Shown here: piece after piece, positions 1 to 14,778 of the stretch
How the letters are laid out: every line of letters starts with the position of its first letter
Numbering within the stretch: the first letter of the stretch is position 1
Assembly: GCF_009914755.1 (NCBI RefSeq)
Contig: NC_060925.1
Origin: the human T2T-CHM13v2.0 reference genome, Homo sapiens
DNA: 64,000 nt
Strand: one strand, 5' to 3'
Notes under the pieces: model-generated
Seen by the model: the letters and a program-made list of their open reading frames with translations, nothing else
Database searches by the model: none
Told to the model about the DNA's origin: nothing
Position numbers and translations under genes: made by a program

Positions 1-99
1 TTAACTTAATAGATACTAAATAGAAACTAACTTAATAGATAAAGAGATTAGTGGAACAAAATAGAGCCTTTCTCAACTAAAGCTCTTCAGCTGAATCAC

Positions 100-1040
100 A
101 AGACATAGAAAATTATTTGAGTGACTGTTCCCCCGCCCACTGCATGTATGATATAGAACGAGCACCATTCTAGATGTATTAGAGGGAAGTCAGTTCATTA
201 TATATAGCATATGTCTTACAGAAATCAGGGTTAGAGAGACTAGATAATGCAGAACTATAAAATATATGGCAAAGATAAAATTTCACTGTTTGCTGAGAAG
301 GGTGTCTTCCTCCTTTCCTCCCTTTCTCTCTCCTTCTTTTAATAGCACAAGCACAATTGACTATCATATGGGATAAAATGAATTTGAATCCTTAGGTTAC
401 TCCATGTATGAAATTCCCCCAAAATTCAAGGCTTAGGTGTAAAAATGAAAACAAAAGTCTTAAAAGAAAATCTGGGCTACTATATATAAAAAATGTATGG
501 ATTGGCAGGAGCTTCTTAAGCAAATCTAGAGACCCAGAAATTTAAATTTTTTTTTAAAAAGACATTATATCAAATGTAGAGTCTTTTGTCCAGTAAAAAA
601 AAAAAAAAAAAAAAAACCCTTAAGTACATAATAACGTAATATCAATATTCAAAATAGACTTGGAAGAAAATACCTGAAATATATGCAACAAATATTTGTC
701 AATAATAGACAAAGTACTCTTTTAAACAAGAAAAAAATTGAAATGACAATAGGAAAAAATAATAGCAAATGACATCAGTCAGCAATTCCACTTATGTGGA
801 GTTTTAGAACAGGCAAAAGAAATCAATGTTGATAGTCTCACTCAGTAGTTGCTTGGGAAGGTTACGGGAGTTGCTCGTGAAGGGGCATGATGGAATTTTC
901 CAAGGAAAAGGAATGTTCTGTATCATTGTGGAGATGGTGGTTGCATTGTAAAAAGTAATTGAACTATACACCTAAAATGTGTGTAGTTCAATATAGTTTA
1001 TATATGTAAATTATACCTCAATAAAGTTGGTTTTAAAACT
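100..1040 (+). mobile_element. Old L1M (L1ME/MC-like) 3' fragment
   Basis: Typical L1M 3' terminus ...tatacacctaaaatgtgtg...tgtaaattatacctcAATAAAgttg at ~965-1030. Confidence 0.7.
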
Positions 1041-1129
1041 TCAATTGATACTCTTAAATGGTAACATTTTAATGTATGTCAGCACCTACTGCTATTACTG
1101 CTGTGGGCAAAAGGATATTTTCCTACCTT

Positions 1130-1640
1130 TCCTGTAGAAAGGTAAATTTTTACAACTTTTATGGAAGCAACTTTGAGACATCTATTAAGACAAAAATTGT
1201 ACCTTTTAATCCAACCTGTTTCTTGACTCTTTTCCGTAGGAATAAAAGTTCCAGTAGATAAAAACACGTATGCATATGTTTAATGAAGCATATTTCTTAG
1301 TGGCTAAAAGCTGGGTACCAAATTAATTCCCATTATTAGGGGAATGGCTGATTAAATTGCAGAATATGCTTATCATAGGATATAATATAGCCATTAAAAG
1401 GGTAAGTTAGAACTGTAACTGATGAAAGGATTTCCATGAGATATTGTTGAAGGAAAAAAGCATGATGCACATAATAGAATCAGATAGACTACTTTATTTT
1501 TGAAAAGAAATAGTGTGCCAAGAAATAGCCTGTAAATATGCATATTTTAATTTATAAGAATAACATTGAAGGATATATTTCAGATCATTTACACAGTTTA
1601 CCGAATGTAAAGGACAAGATGTGTGAGGGAGTTGGAGAGA
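1130..1640 (+). mobile_element. Degenerate L1ME-like 3' fragment
   Basis: Contains taggggaatggctgattaaattg...tatagccattaaaa, similar to the L1 ORF2 end and 3' UTR. Confidence 0.55.
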
Positions 1641-3056
1641 AGAGGAGGAATGTAGAGATGGGTAAAAAATGAATAAGATTGACATGAAAAACATCTAAAC
1701 AATGTATATATATATAATCTCATATTTAAAAAATTTTATGTATCTGCATAAACTTAGGGAAAACATTTAAGTTTTTATGTACTGACTTTCAGAGGTATTC
1801 ATCATATCCATTTAAATTTTAGAAAATGTGTTACAAAGTAATGTTTATATGATTCTATTTGAGTAAATAAAAGATCCCCGTATATGAATTTTTGTTAAAT
1901 TTTAGTCAGTTCAACTTTCTTGTTTCCAGGTTTTTTTTTTAGTTTCTCTGAGAAACTTTCCAAATATAACCTTGACGTTCAAGCCCCTTAAGTGGATGTC
2001 CATTTATTTTGGGGTGGTATGATCAATATTGAAAAATGGTGTAATTTTGTTCCCTTCCAGCACCACCCACTGGTCCTAAAGATTGTATGCATCCCAAGGC
2101 CAATGACAATTGAATATTTCTAGCTCCTTGAATATGCTGAGGTTCTACTTGGGTTTTTCACTAGAGAAGAAGTACAAAAGCATGTTCAGGTCTCACCTGT
2201 TGTCTTTTAGCCGTCTATTTTTGTTTTTCAATTTAGCTGCACATTTCATGCTTTTACTTTACTAACTTTGGTGGGTGACAGTATACAGCTAAATTTGAGA
2301 TGGCAAAGTAGAGGAGGTATTGGTGTGGAAAGAATCCTGTGTCTGGGTTCATCAAAGGGAAATATTACTTGTCATTGGTTTAGAGTTCTTTCAAATTACT
2401 ATAGGCACTTTTGTCACTGGCTATGTTTTCTTTGGCACTCTGTTTCTCATCATTACGTGAGGAGAAAGCAGGGCATGCCAAGGGATAAGGATTATCTTCT
2501 GTGCAACTCTTCCGTTTTTCATATTTGGAAAACATTTGTTCTCTGTGTTTATCTAATATAGCCCCCATCCCTCTCTGTGTTTGCCCACAGAAATCTCTAA
2601 GGTTTTTTTTTGTTCCCCTTTCATTTACATCTACCAACATAATACTTGAATACAGGACCCCCTTTACTCCATTACAGTTTGGAATATCTTGATGGTGTGT
2701 GTGCCTGTGCACGTATGTGTGTGTATTTTTTTTAACCAACATAGTATCCCAGAGCATGAATATACAATGAATGGATTAAGATTCACTGGTACTGTAACTG
2801 TTCTCCCTCTTAAAAGATGGAGGGAGTAGGTAAAGAGGATATGAACTGGCATTAGTAGATTTTAATGGATTAGATACAAGTATGGGATAGTTAATACAAT
2901 ATACATGAGAGTAGTTTTAATATGCATTTAACTTATAAAACTTAGAAGAAATTGAAATCATTTATTCAAAACACTATTATTTTGGTAATTAAAGCATCCA
3001 TTTTCATATTCCCTTTTCCTTTCTTTTTTTTTGGGGGGGGGGCGGTTGTTAAACAG

Positions 3057-3226
3057 ATCATATACTCCTATGAAAGGAGGAATCTCCAATGTATGGTTTG
3101 ACAGATTTAAAATAACCAATGACTGCCCAGAACACCTTGAATCAATTGATGTCATGTGTCAAGTGCTTACTGATTTGATTGATGAAGAAGTAAAAAGTGG
3201 CATCAAGAAGAACAGGATATTAATAG
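3057..3226 (+). CDS. LYPLAL1: LYPLAL1 internal coding exon (exon 3), residues ~64-121
   Basis: AG at 3055-3056 and donor G|GTAAGA at 3227. Translates (R)[56 protein letters not shown](G), recognised as LYPLAL1. 170 bp, and its phase fits the next exon. Confidence 0.97.
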
Positions 3227-4344
3227 GTAAGACCTTTAAATGTTGGTAATTTATCACTGTTCACTTTTGTCTAATTCTATACATCAAATCTTACTTGGAA
3301 CATTATTTAGAAGCACTTGTATATCATTCGATGCATTCATAGTTTCAGATAAACTTTACATATTGAGGATTTCAAAGATATTAGAATTATAAACAGCAGC
3401 GCATGAAACTTTAATTGATTTTCTTTTTGAATAATAACGGATTTTGAGACTCTTGTGGCAGTTAAAATTTTTCTTCTAGTTTAATTTTCAGTTAAGAAAT
3501 TATTCATTTCAATTTTTAAAACATTTTACTTCAGTTACCTTAACTCTTATGAATATAAGTTTAAACATCTATTGCCATTAAGATATACAGTCAAAATATA
3601 CCACTACATTTATGAAAATTATAATCTTCAGAGTTAATCTCACAAGAATATTTGTAAATTTTTGTTAGACTGTCTTTAGCAAGCCCTGTTCCTAAGGGAA
3701 TATAAGTAGCTTTATATAAGCTCTTTATTCTGCTTAATACCTTTTTCTGTTTCTGGACTTAGCATATACATAAATTATTAAAATCTTTTTCTAATACATG
3801 CAAAAGTGAGATGGGGCATGTAGAATATGAATGGTACACGACATATTTTGGTGAAAGGGTTTTATTTCCAAATGTAACTATTTAACTTACAATGAGTTGT
3901 ATTTAATGATGAAATTAAAAAGCAAATTAAGTATCCCCATTATGTTCTAAATAACATTAAAATGCACATTGAAATTCTTTATAGATGGGATTTGGGTAAA
4001 CTAATAAACTTTCTTTGTGTTTATTGAAGTGCTGAACTGTCTGTTGAGTCATGAGAGACAACATGATATAATGGATAAAATCCATTCTATTCTGTCTTGG
4101 CGTTAGTTTCCACTTTGTTGAAAGCAGCGTGGCCTCTAGCATAACAACATCACCTTTCTGGTCCTTAGTTTCCTCATTATGTTTAACTCTATATTTCTGT
4201 GTTTCCATGTTTAACGTTGATGTTTAACTCTAATAGAGATAAACATGGAGCATTATGGGAGGACTAGGAAGAGTGTAGGGAAGGGATTCCCAACTTAGTC
4301 TAGGGGATTATGAAGTAGTTAGAAGATAGAATTCCAAACATGTG

Positions 4345-5120
4345 AATCATGTATCATTCAGTCATCATTCAATCTTTAGCAAGTATTTTTTAAGTCCCCA
4401 CTATGTGCTACGCATTATTATAGATGTTCACGGGGATGTGCAGATAAGTAAAGCAAGATCTATCTGCCTTACATATTTCTTACAACCTGAAAGGGCCAAT
4501 GAGATTCTTAAAGTGGTAACTATAATGCCAGCCAGGCTGTGATGAGTGCTCTAATGTGGTATAACTAATAGCTTTTCAAAGCCAATGATAGTATGTATTT
4601 CTTTTTATTTCCCAGAACCTATCACAATGCCTGGCACAGAGCAAATACTCAGGAAATCTATAACAAATAACATTACCCAATCAATAAATTGTCAGTACTG
4701 TAGGAATTGAGAGGAAGAAGTAGTCACATGCATTTGGGGCTGTAAGAGAAAGATTTAATAGAAAGATGGCAGTGGCATTTAAGATGCACAAATTATTAAA
4801 ATTTTAACTATTACAGTGTAGAAGTCTAGGTAGAGGGAATGATTTGTACAGTAAAGTAGAAGTGGACAGAGTAATGCTTTTTGTTTTTGTCTGTCTGGAC
4901 AGTAGTTGGCTGTAACAAAGTTTGTGTCTAACTAAAAAGTACCTGTTGACTCAGATAGCCACAGTAAGAGACTAGAACGTGATGGCATAATGGTGACAAA
5001 AATGAGTTCAAATCTACAGTCCACCACTTCCTAGTTGGCTCACCACTTATTACCTACACTTAATTTTTGCTACCTAATCTGTAAAGTGGAAATAATAATA
5101 TAATATCTGTTTACTGAGAG
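4345..5120. mobile_element. Cluster of L2 fragments (both orientations) and a MIR
   Basis: Antisense L2 tail tcattcagtcatcattcaa...actatgtgcta, sense L2 tail acaatgcctggcacagagcaaatactca, and MIR core atctgtaaagtggaaataataa. Confidence 0.55.
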
Positions 5121-5656
5121 ATGAACAAACTATTTGGTTTCTTCCAGACTCTCAGTAAATACTCTGTTCAGTTTTTAATCCTTTATTTTGTAGGTATAAT
5201 AACATGTAATAATTGGTAAAGGATCATTAAATAATGTCTTCAAGTCATAAGAATTGTACTTTGAAAAACTAATTTGGCAGAAGGGGTAAGTAAAAGGATG
5301 AGAAGTCTGACATGGAGAAACCAGTATAATATAATGAAAGTCTGAAGTGGTGTGGTGGCAATAGGAAAAGAAAAGATCAGGATGAGAAATTGCTTTAAAA
5401 AATAAAAGTACATTCTTCATAAGCAAAAAAATAGATAAAAGGAGAAAATACTCTGAGTAGTACTCTTAATGAGTGTGTATTGAAGAGTTTATCACACTGA
5501 ATGGTAACTGCTGTCCATTTGTCTCTTGCCCCATCCTCTCTCTTCCTTTCCCAGATCCATTACTTTATCTAGTTCATCTTTGAGTACTAGAGATATTATG
5601 GATTTTCTGCAGTATATTACATTTTAAAAAATCCTAGTACAACAAAATCAAATCTT

Positions 5657-7812
5657 TTAAAAATTTTAATTTTATTTTAAGTTCCAGGATACATGTGCAG
5701 GACATGCAGGTTTGTTACATAGGTAAACATGTGTCATGGTGTTTTGCTATACCTATTAACCTATCACCTAGGTATTAAGACCTGTATTCATTAGCTGTTT
5801 ATCCTGATGCTCTCCCTCTCACCGCCTCCCTGACAGGCCCCAGTGTGTGTTATTTGCCTCTCTGTGTCCATGTGTTCTCATGGTTCAGCTTCCAACATGC
5901 AGTGTTTGGTTTTCTGTTCCTGTGTTAGTTTGCTGAGGATAATGGCTTCCAGCTCCATCCTTGTCCCTGCAAAAGACATGATCTTGTTCCTTTTTATGGC
6001 TGCATAGTATTCTATGGTGTACATGTACCACATTTTCTTTACCCAGTCTGTCATTGATGGGCGTTTGGATTGATTCATGTCTGCTATTGTGAATACTGCT
6101 GCAGTGGACATATGTGTGCATGTATCTTTATAATAGAATGATTTATATTCCTTTGGGTGTATACCCAGTAATGAAATTGCTGGGTCAGATGGTATTTCCG
6201 GTTCTAGGTCTTTGAGGAATTGCCACACTGTCTTCCACAATCCTTGAACTAATTAACATTTTCATCAACAGTGTAAAAGTGTTCCTGTTTCTCCACAGCC
6301 TTGCCAGCATATTAAAAATTCAAAATTCAAAAATTCTTGAATTTTTAATAATTGCCACTCAGACTGGTATGAAATGGCATCTCATTGTGATTTTGATTTG
6401 CAGCTCTCTAATGATAAGTGATGTTGAGCTTTTTTTCATGTTTTTTGGCTGCATAAGTGTATTCTTTTGAGAAATGTCTGAAGAGTCATTTATGACAAAC
6501 CCACAGCCAGTATCATACTGAATGGACAAAAGCTGTAACCATTCCCCTTGAAATCCAGCTCAAGACAAAGATGCTCTCTCTCACCACTTCTATTCAACAT
6601 AGTATTGGGAGTTCTGGCTGGGGCAATCAGGCAAGAAAAAGAAATAAAAAGTGTGTTCAAATAGGAAGAGAAGAAGTCAAACTGTGTCTATTTGCAAATG
6701 ACATGATCCAATATCTAGAAAACTCTATCGTTTCAGCCCCAAAGCTTCTTAAGTGGATAAGCAACTTAAGGAAAGTCTCAGGATACAAAATCAATATGTA
6801 GAAATCACAAGCATTCCTATACACCAACAGTAGGCAAGCAGAGAGCTAAATCATGAATGAACTCCCATGCACAATTGCTACAAAGAGAATAAAATACTTA
6901 GGAATACAAAGGACTTCCTCAAGGAGAACTACAAACCACTGCTCAAGGAAATAAGAGAGGACATAAACAAATGGAGAAACATTCTATGCTCATGGATAGG
7001 AAGAATCAATATCATGAAAATGGCCATACTACCCGAAGTAATTTATAGATTCAATGCTATGCCCATTAAACTACCATTGACATTCTTCACAGAATTAGAA
7101 AAAACTACTTTAAAATTGGAACCAAAAAAGAGCCCATATAGCCAAGATAGTCCTAAGCAAAAAGGACAAAGGTGGAGGCATCATGCTACCCAACTTCAAA
7201 CTATACTACAAGGCTACAGTAACCAAACAGCATGGTACTGGTACAAAAACAGACACATAGACCAATGGAACAGAATAGAGATCTCAGAAATAAGACCTCA
7301 CATCTACAACCATCTGATCTTCAACAAATCTGACAAAAACAAACAGTGGGGAAAGGATTCCCTATTTAATAAATGGTGCTGAGTAAACTGGCTAGCCATA
7401 TGCAGAAAATTGAAACTGGACCCCTTACTTACACCTTATACAAAAACTAACTCAAGATGGATTAAAGACTGAAATGTAAAACCAAAAATTATAAAAACCC
7501 TAGAAGTAAATCTAGGCAATACCATTCACAACATAGACATGGGCAAAGATTTTATGATGAAAATTTCAAAAGCAATAGCAACAAAAGCAGAAGTTGACAG
7601 ATGGTATCTAATAAACTAAAGCACTTCTGCACAGCAAAAGAAGCTGTCATCAGAGTGAACAGACAGCCTACAGAATGGGAGAAAATTTTTGCGATCTATC
7701 CATCTGACCAAGGTCTAATATCCAGAATCTACAAGGAACTTAAACAAATTTACAAGAAAAAGAAAACCCCATTAAAAGGTGGGCAAAGTACATGAACAGA
7801 TGCTTCTCAAAG
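5657..7812 (-). mobile_element. 5'-truncated L1PA element with 5' inversion (antisense 3' part 5657-6480, sense ORF2 part 6481-7812)
   Basis: ORF2 C-terminal peptide on the - strand (5878-6240) and ORF2 peptides on the + strand (6571-7795). Candidate TSD caaaatcaaatctt (5643-5656) / cagaaacaaatctt (7813-7826). Confidence 0.92.
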
Positions 7813-9399
7813 CAGAAACAAATCTTAAATGAAGTTAAACACACATATAAAAACAGTAGCAGGAGAGGTTACCTGTTTGAGCACCTATATTTTCTTAGAG
7901 GGAATCATGTCTTACCAGCCAGATTGCCCATAAACCTCAAAAAAAGTCACCTGGGAGAAAAATATAACACAAGACTTGATTTTGCAATGTCTGTAAGCCC
8001 CCTCAAACCCCAAACTTGGGGCTCACTGAATGAAGATAATTTGTTTTTCCATTTTCTTCTTGAGAAAAAGATGATTTTTAAAAATCAGTGCCTTTGATAT
8101 ATTTTCAAAGTCCGACAATGTGATTGATTAAATCAAGTCTCTTGTTGAATTTTTCTAATGCTCCAGGGTAGTTTTCTGATTGACAGCATATACAGAAGTA
8201 TTTCAGCATTCATTGTAGAAAAGCTAGCAGAAATGACCAGTCAATTATAGGCACCAAAAAAGAAAAAAAACTATTATTAAACATTTTAAGTAGAATAGCT
8301 TATAATATATGCATATATGTACATATTATATATGCTATATATAATCCAGTTTTCATGGGTGATATAAAAACTATCAGAAATGTTTTTAAAGTATAGTTTA
8401 GAATTAATTTTGACATAAAAATTTACAGTAATTAAGATTTTATCATGATTACACATTTGATATATTTTTTCTCATAATGGAAATGAAATTACATAAGTTA
8501 TTAAACATTTATGAAAATAAATTTAACATTCACTTAAATATCTATTGCTGTTTCTTTTGGGTTCTTCCAGAATAATTTTTTCTTATTCTTTACCTTAATT
8601 TTTAAGGGTATTCAAGAAGATCTCCATGTTTATAAAATCTAAGTTAACCATTTCTCCCCTTTTCATTCTGATGTATAAGTTTACAGCCCAGAAATAGGTT
8701 GCTAAAGCTATGTTTTAATATTACGTGAATGCACAAAAGATGGTAAGTAAAATTAGAAGTGAACTAATTTCAGACATTTCCTATGATATAATTGGTTAAG
8801 TTGAAAAAAAGCTACGTACATTTTTCCTGGTTCCCATACCCCACCAACACAAACTTGAGCTTTTCATCAAATACAGAGGTTGTTCTGTTTGTGTTTTTAA
8901 ATGCATTTGTCTACTTACACATGACATATAACTATTCAAAGTATATATATCATAATATATGTGGCAACCAGAAGGTCTATACGTGAACATATGAATGATG
9001 ATTTAATTAAGCAGTTCTCTTCCCCATTTATTTCTCAATACCAAGTAGTATGCGTACTCCAAAGTATGGTCATTCAGTGAAAAAAAGCATTTAGTATTTC
9101 TTTCTGTTAATGAGTTGGAGGTACTAATATATGTATGTGAGTCCCTCAGTTACCCTGTGCAAGACAAATTCTTTTAGGTATGATTAGAATATCCGAAGAT
9201 AAGTTAGAAACTCCTCTTTTGTATATTTTTTATGAGGTGAAATGAGATCCTGTACAGACAAGAAGTATTATTCTGTTCATGAATAATCAACCTTTCAATC
9301 AATTTTAATATTATTTAAGTGTATGGTAAAAAATTTTATAACACTTCTTTTTAAAATGGGGAAAAATTGTACAAGTAAGCATGATCAAACCTCTCTTAA

Positions 9400-10723
<1,324 letters not shown>

Positions 10724-10885
10724 GTTTATCACTTGATTATAGAAGATATTATAAAGAAGAGAGGAACAGCCAGGTGAAGAGATATATATGGCAAGGTCTG
10801 GAAGGGTCCTGAGGACAGGAGCTTCTGTCTCCCCGGAGTTGCCTCCTGGTACAAGGAAGCAGTCCACTAACCTGGAATCTCTGGA
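10724..10885 (-). mobile_element. MER21-type (ERVL-class) LTR fragment
   Basis: gaacagccaggtgaagaga...gcaaggtctggaagggtcctgaggacaggagcttctgtc...ccactaacctggaatctct matches the recalled antisense MER21B/C consensus. Confidence 0.7.
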
Positions 10886-11915
10886 TTTTCTTAAGGTCTG
10901 AGAGCCAATATGAATTTTGAATCTAACTTTATTTCATTTTAAAGCCAACGATTCTTACATTTAGCTGAACTTTTTTAAGATTCTTAATACGTATTATCAA
11001 ATTCCTGTCACAAAAAAAGTGTACCAGTTGATACTTCCAACCATCTTTAGAAGAATTAGAACCTTATTACATTGATTAATATGGTCTTGAAAAAATTTTT
11101 CTCAAAATAAGTACACAGGAAGTGGTAACTAATTTTAATTTGTGCTTAATTTGTTATTTTCAATTCCATTATAGTTTGACATAAAAAAACTTTTAAAATC
11201 TTTTATAATTGTTTTGAAATAATTTCTGAGTTTAAGTTTTCTCATTAGAACGTGGGTGAATATAAAATAAATTTTCTACTGGTTTTTCTAGTGTTGCTTT
11301 TTTTTTTACACTGAATTATTTGACTCATCTGGAGTTTATTTTTGTTTCTTTCTACCATATAATGGAAGACTATTTTCTGAAGTACCAAGAGAACCTTGTT
11401 AAAAGACAGTCTTATTTATAATTCTAAAGCACCAGTTATATGGTCAGTATTTTGTTAAGCCTCTTTTGGGTTTATGAGAATAAAATTTCTTTTTGGAAGA
11501 TATGTTGACTTATGAAATTATAAAATCTAAGATTTATTAATTTCATATTATAATATATAATATACCAAATTAAAGTGGGGGTAAAAACATTTTTTGTGAG
11601 ATGAGCTAATTAATGTCTATAAAGCCTCTTTTTTCTACATTGAGATACAGAAAGAGACCACAAAAGTGCAAAGGCAGTCATGTTTGTTTTTGTTAACTGT
11701 ATAGTTCTTTAACCAGCCAGTGAAAATAAATCTTCACTAAGTTTTATGGAATTATACACATGCCACAAAACACACGTTTCTTGACCTCTTATACTGTGAC
11801 AAAACATTAGTGCTATTACCCCACTTTTCATATGCTGGATTCTTCACATACGTTAGTTATTGATTCATAGAGCAAATAATATTCAAGTCTTTTGTTGCAG
11901 TTTTTTGTTGTGGTG

Positions 11916-12002
11916 GTTGTTTATCTTAGTGATCTAGCTGAACCTCTCGTATGTATTTGTTGTTTACCTTAGTGATCTAGCTGAACTTCTCATGTATGTA
12001 TT
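11916..12002. repeat. Tandem duplication, 43 bp period, 2 copies
   Basis: gttgttta(t/c)cttagtgatctagctgaac(c/t)tctc starts at both 11916 and 11959. Confidence 0.9.
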
Positions 12003-12049
12003 CCCTGAGTTAGAAACATCATAATTACAAATGCCCTTAAGCTGACATC

Positions 12050-12230
12050 ATATAACATAGTTAAGAACTTGGGCTCTAGACTCAGAGTGCTGAGTTCTAA
12101 TCCTATATTCCTCACTTTGTAGGTGTCCAGTCTCCTTATTCTCTGTGTCTTGGATGATGGTAATAATATCTACCTTTTAAAGTTGTGGTAGTTGAACTAG
12201 TCAGTTCATGTGAAATACAAATGTGTCTGA
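12050..12230 (+). mobile_element. MIR
   Basis: agttaagaacttgggctctagactcaga...taataatatctacct. Confidence 0.6.
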
Positions 12231-12661
12231 CATGTAATGTTGAAAAAGTTTTCTTGCCATTATTACATACTTCATACCACCCATCCTATGGTCACCTGGA
12301 TAGCAAAAGGCCACACTGGAACAGTGGTACCACTTGGAGACTTACAGGTAGCTTAGTTGTTTCTTCCCTACCAGCTGCTTACTTTTTCCTCAGTGGTATA
12401 TGAGCTCTGCTTCCCTCTTTCTTTTTCATTGCTCCTAGATTATTTAAACAAGAGTTACTGTTTAGTATTTTTCTACTAGCTTTTATACTTTTGTACAGTG
12501 TCTATTAGGGTACATTTAAGTTGTTAGGTCAGATTTAAGTGCTATTCATAACGTTTTAATGAAGGAGGGATTCAGTGGGAAATAAAAGAAAAATGCATTT
12601 GAGATTCCAAACAATTTTTATTAAGCACACACAACCCATAGTGAGGAATGAAGTTAGGTAA

Positions 12662-12959
12662 TTTTTTTTTGAAACAGGGTCTTGCTGTGTTGCCCAGGCT
12701 GAAGTGCAGTGGCGTGATCATAGCTCACTGCAACCTAAACTCCTGGACTCAGTGATCCTCCTGCATCAGCCTCTTGAATTGTTAGGATGATAGGCACTTG
12801 CCACCATGCCTGGCTGTTTTTTTTTTGTTTGCTTGTTTTATGTAGAGATGGAGTCTCTCTATGTTGCCCAGGCTGGTCTCAAACTCCTGACCTCAAGTGA
12901 TCTTCTGCTTCAGTCTCCCAGAGTGTTGGTATTATACCTGTGAACCACCATGTCTGGCC
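12662..12959 (-). mobile_element. AluJ
   Basis: Full dimer with J-type diagnostics (gatcatagctcactgca, tgttgcccaggctggtctc) and heavy CpG decay. Confidence 0.9.
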
Positions 12960-13379
12960 CAGGCTAGGTTTCTTTTAAAAATGAATTATAATGGGAAAAA
13001 CTAGCAAAATGTAAGATTGGAAAAGAAATATGAAGGGGATAGGTTCAAAAGTTGTTAACCTTTTATTTTGTTTAATAATCTGTTCAGATTTCTGATTTAA
13101 TGTAAGACAGTATGTCCTAATGGGACCCAATCTCTGAGAGTGTAGTTGTGTTTGTGTAACTTTATAAAACAAAACTACTCTCTGTATTTGATGTAGATAG
13201 GAGCCCATTCTTTGCGGTTTTATTTGATTAGTGGTACTTTGTTATGTTGAACTCAGTTTTACAAACTTTTTTTTTTTTTTTACAGTATGTGATCTTCTAC
13301 CTTTTCTAGGTAGTGTGTCTAGCTTGGACAGGTCAAAAATGATACTTCTCACTAAATTTTATTTTCAAATTGTCAATAA

Positions 13380-13860
13380 AATGTTATGTGCTGGAGTATA
13401 AAAGAAACTGAGAAATTTACAGTCTAGTAAGGCAGAGAGGGAAGTAAAGTATTCTAATACTGTACAGGTATTATTGAAGAACAATGTCGAAGGTATAGCG
13501 TAAGCAGCAAGGAGAGAAGTAAATCTTTCTGGGAGTTGGGAACTGCTTTGTTGAAGTGGCAACTGAGTCTTAAAGAATAATTGAGAATGTGACTGGTAAA
13601 CAAGGACAGAAACATGTTCATGAAAGAAAGCAAGGGACACATTAAATCCTTCCAGGAAATAGTTTGGTGTACATCCCAAATCCTAGTATCATTGAATTAT
13701 ATACAGGGAGTGAATGATGTGATCAAATGGGCATTTTAGAAAGATTATGCTGACAACTCTGGAGGGCTGACTAGTCAGTGTGAAGGTCAGAAAAACAGCA
13801 AGAAAGCAAATGCAATAGATCTAGTAGAATGATGAAGTGCTAAACTGACACACTATTTTA
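13380..13860 (-). mobile_element. L2 fragment
   Basis: Purine-rich antisense L2 motifs (gcattttagaaagattatgctgac, ttgaagtggcaactgagtcttaaagaa). Confidence 0.55.
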
Positions 13861-14778
13861 AGACTTCAGGAATACCAGGATGAGTAAAACTACATTTAAA
13901 ATTTTAATCATCTGTGGGGTTTAGCTATGAAAATTTTTTGTTTTCTAAGCTTTCTGCAATGGATATGCACTGCTTTCTTAATAGAAAAAATAGTAAACTT
14001 TGTTAAGAGAGAGAGAACTCAGCAAAAGGCTCATTACAGGGGATGTTCAGTTAAAGGGGGTTCCTTGGAGACATTCATGGATCCTCACTCTGCACATTAG
14101 GAATATAAGAAAAATGTTGATTTTTTAAAATTTATTTTTGTATATTTATGTTTCATATGATTCTACCAGACATTAAGATAAAACTTAGGGAAAACAGGCA
14201 ATAGAATAGTGACTTTTAAATTACTTTTCGAAAGTTGGCAGTATAGTCATTGACAGAACCAGGATTCAAATTCTGTATTCTGAGAAAATTATTAATAATA
14301 GATTGTCCTGCCTTCTTCTGGCTTTATTAACATATTAACAGTGTCCAGTGTGCAGAATATAAGCATTTTATTGTCAGTACATTCTCCATCATTATTAAAG
14401 CCTGTCTTGAACTCTTCATTTCCTTCTAGTTTGTTTCTGTCTAAGACAGGAAACTGGAGAAAGGTATATCATTTTTCCCTTGTGTATTGTTGTGCTTAGA
14501 AAGTACATATGGTAGAGATAGCTTTAAATTAATTGGCATCTATATTGCACTGGATAGTTTTAAAATTGCCATTACATGTCAGTGTTTTATATTTAGGTAA
14601 TGTTTTAAGTTCTGAAGTTGTTTTTATATACATTAGATCTCCTGGGTCTTGCAGTAGGTAAAAGTAAAGTAGGATATAATTATTTTCATTTCAGAGGTGA
14701 AGAAACTAAAATTCAAAGTGTTCCTGGCTAATACAGAGTTGGGACTAGAACCCGGGTCCCCATAATACCTTCCTTTAT

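Noticed and set aside
595-616. A22 tract as a processed-pseudogene tail or transcript end
   Set aside because: It lies within an old L1 remnant with no TSD or upstream mRNA-like body. At most a site for oligo-dT mispriming.
3031-3249. ORF-track 72 aa protein MGGGRLLNR...GKTFKCW
   Set aside because: It is LYPLAL1 exon 3 read through both splice sites from a TTG. Not an independent gene.
11916-12002. Repeat-spacer-like pattern (CRISPR-like)
   Set aside because: Only two adjacent copies with no unique spacers, in human intronic DNA with no cas genes.
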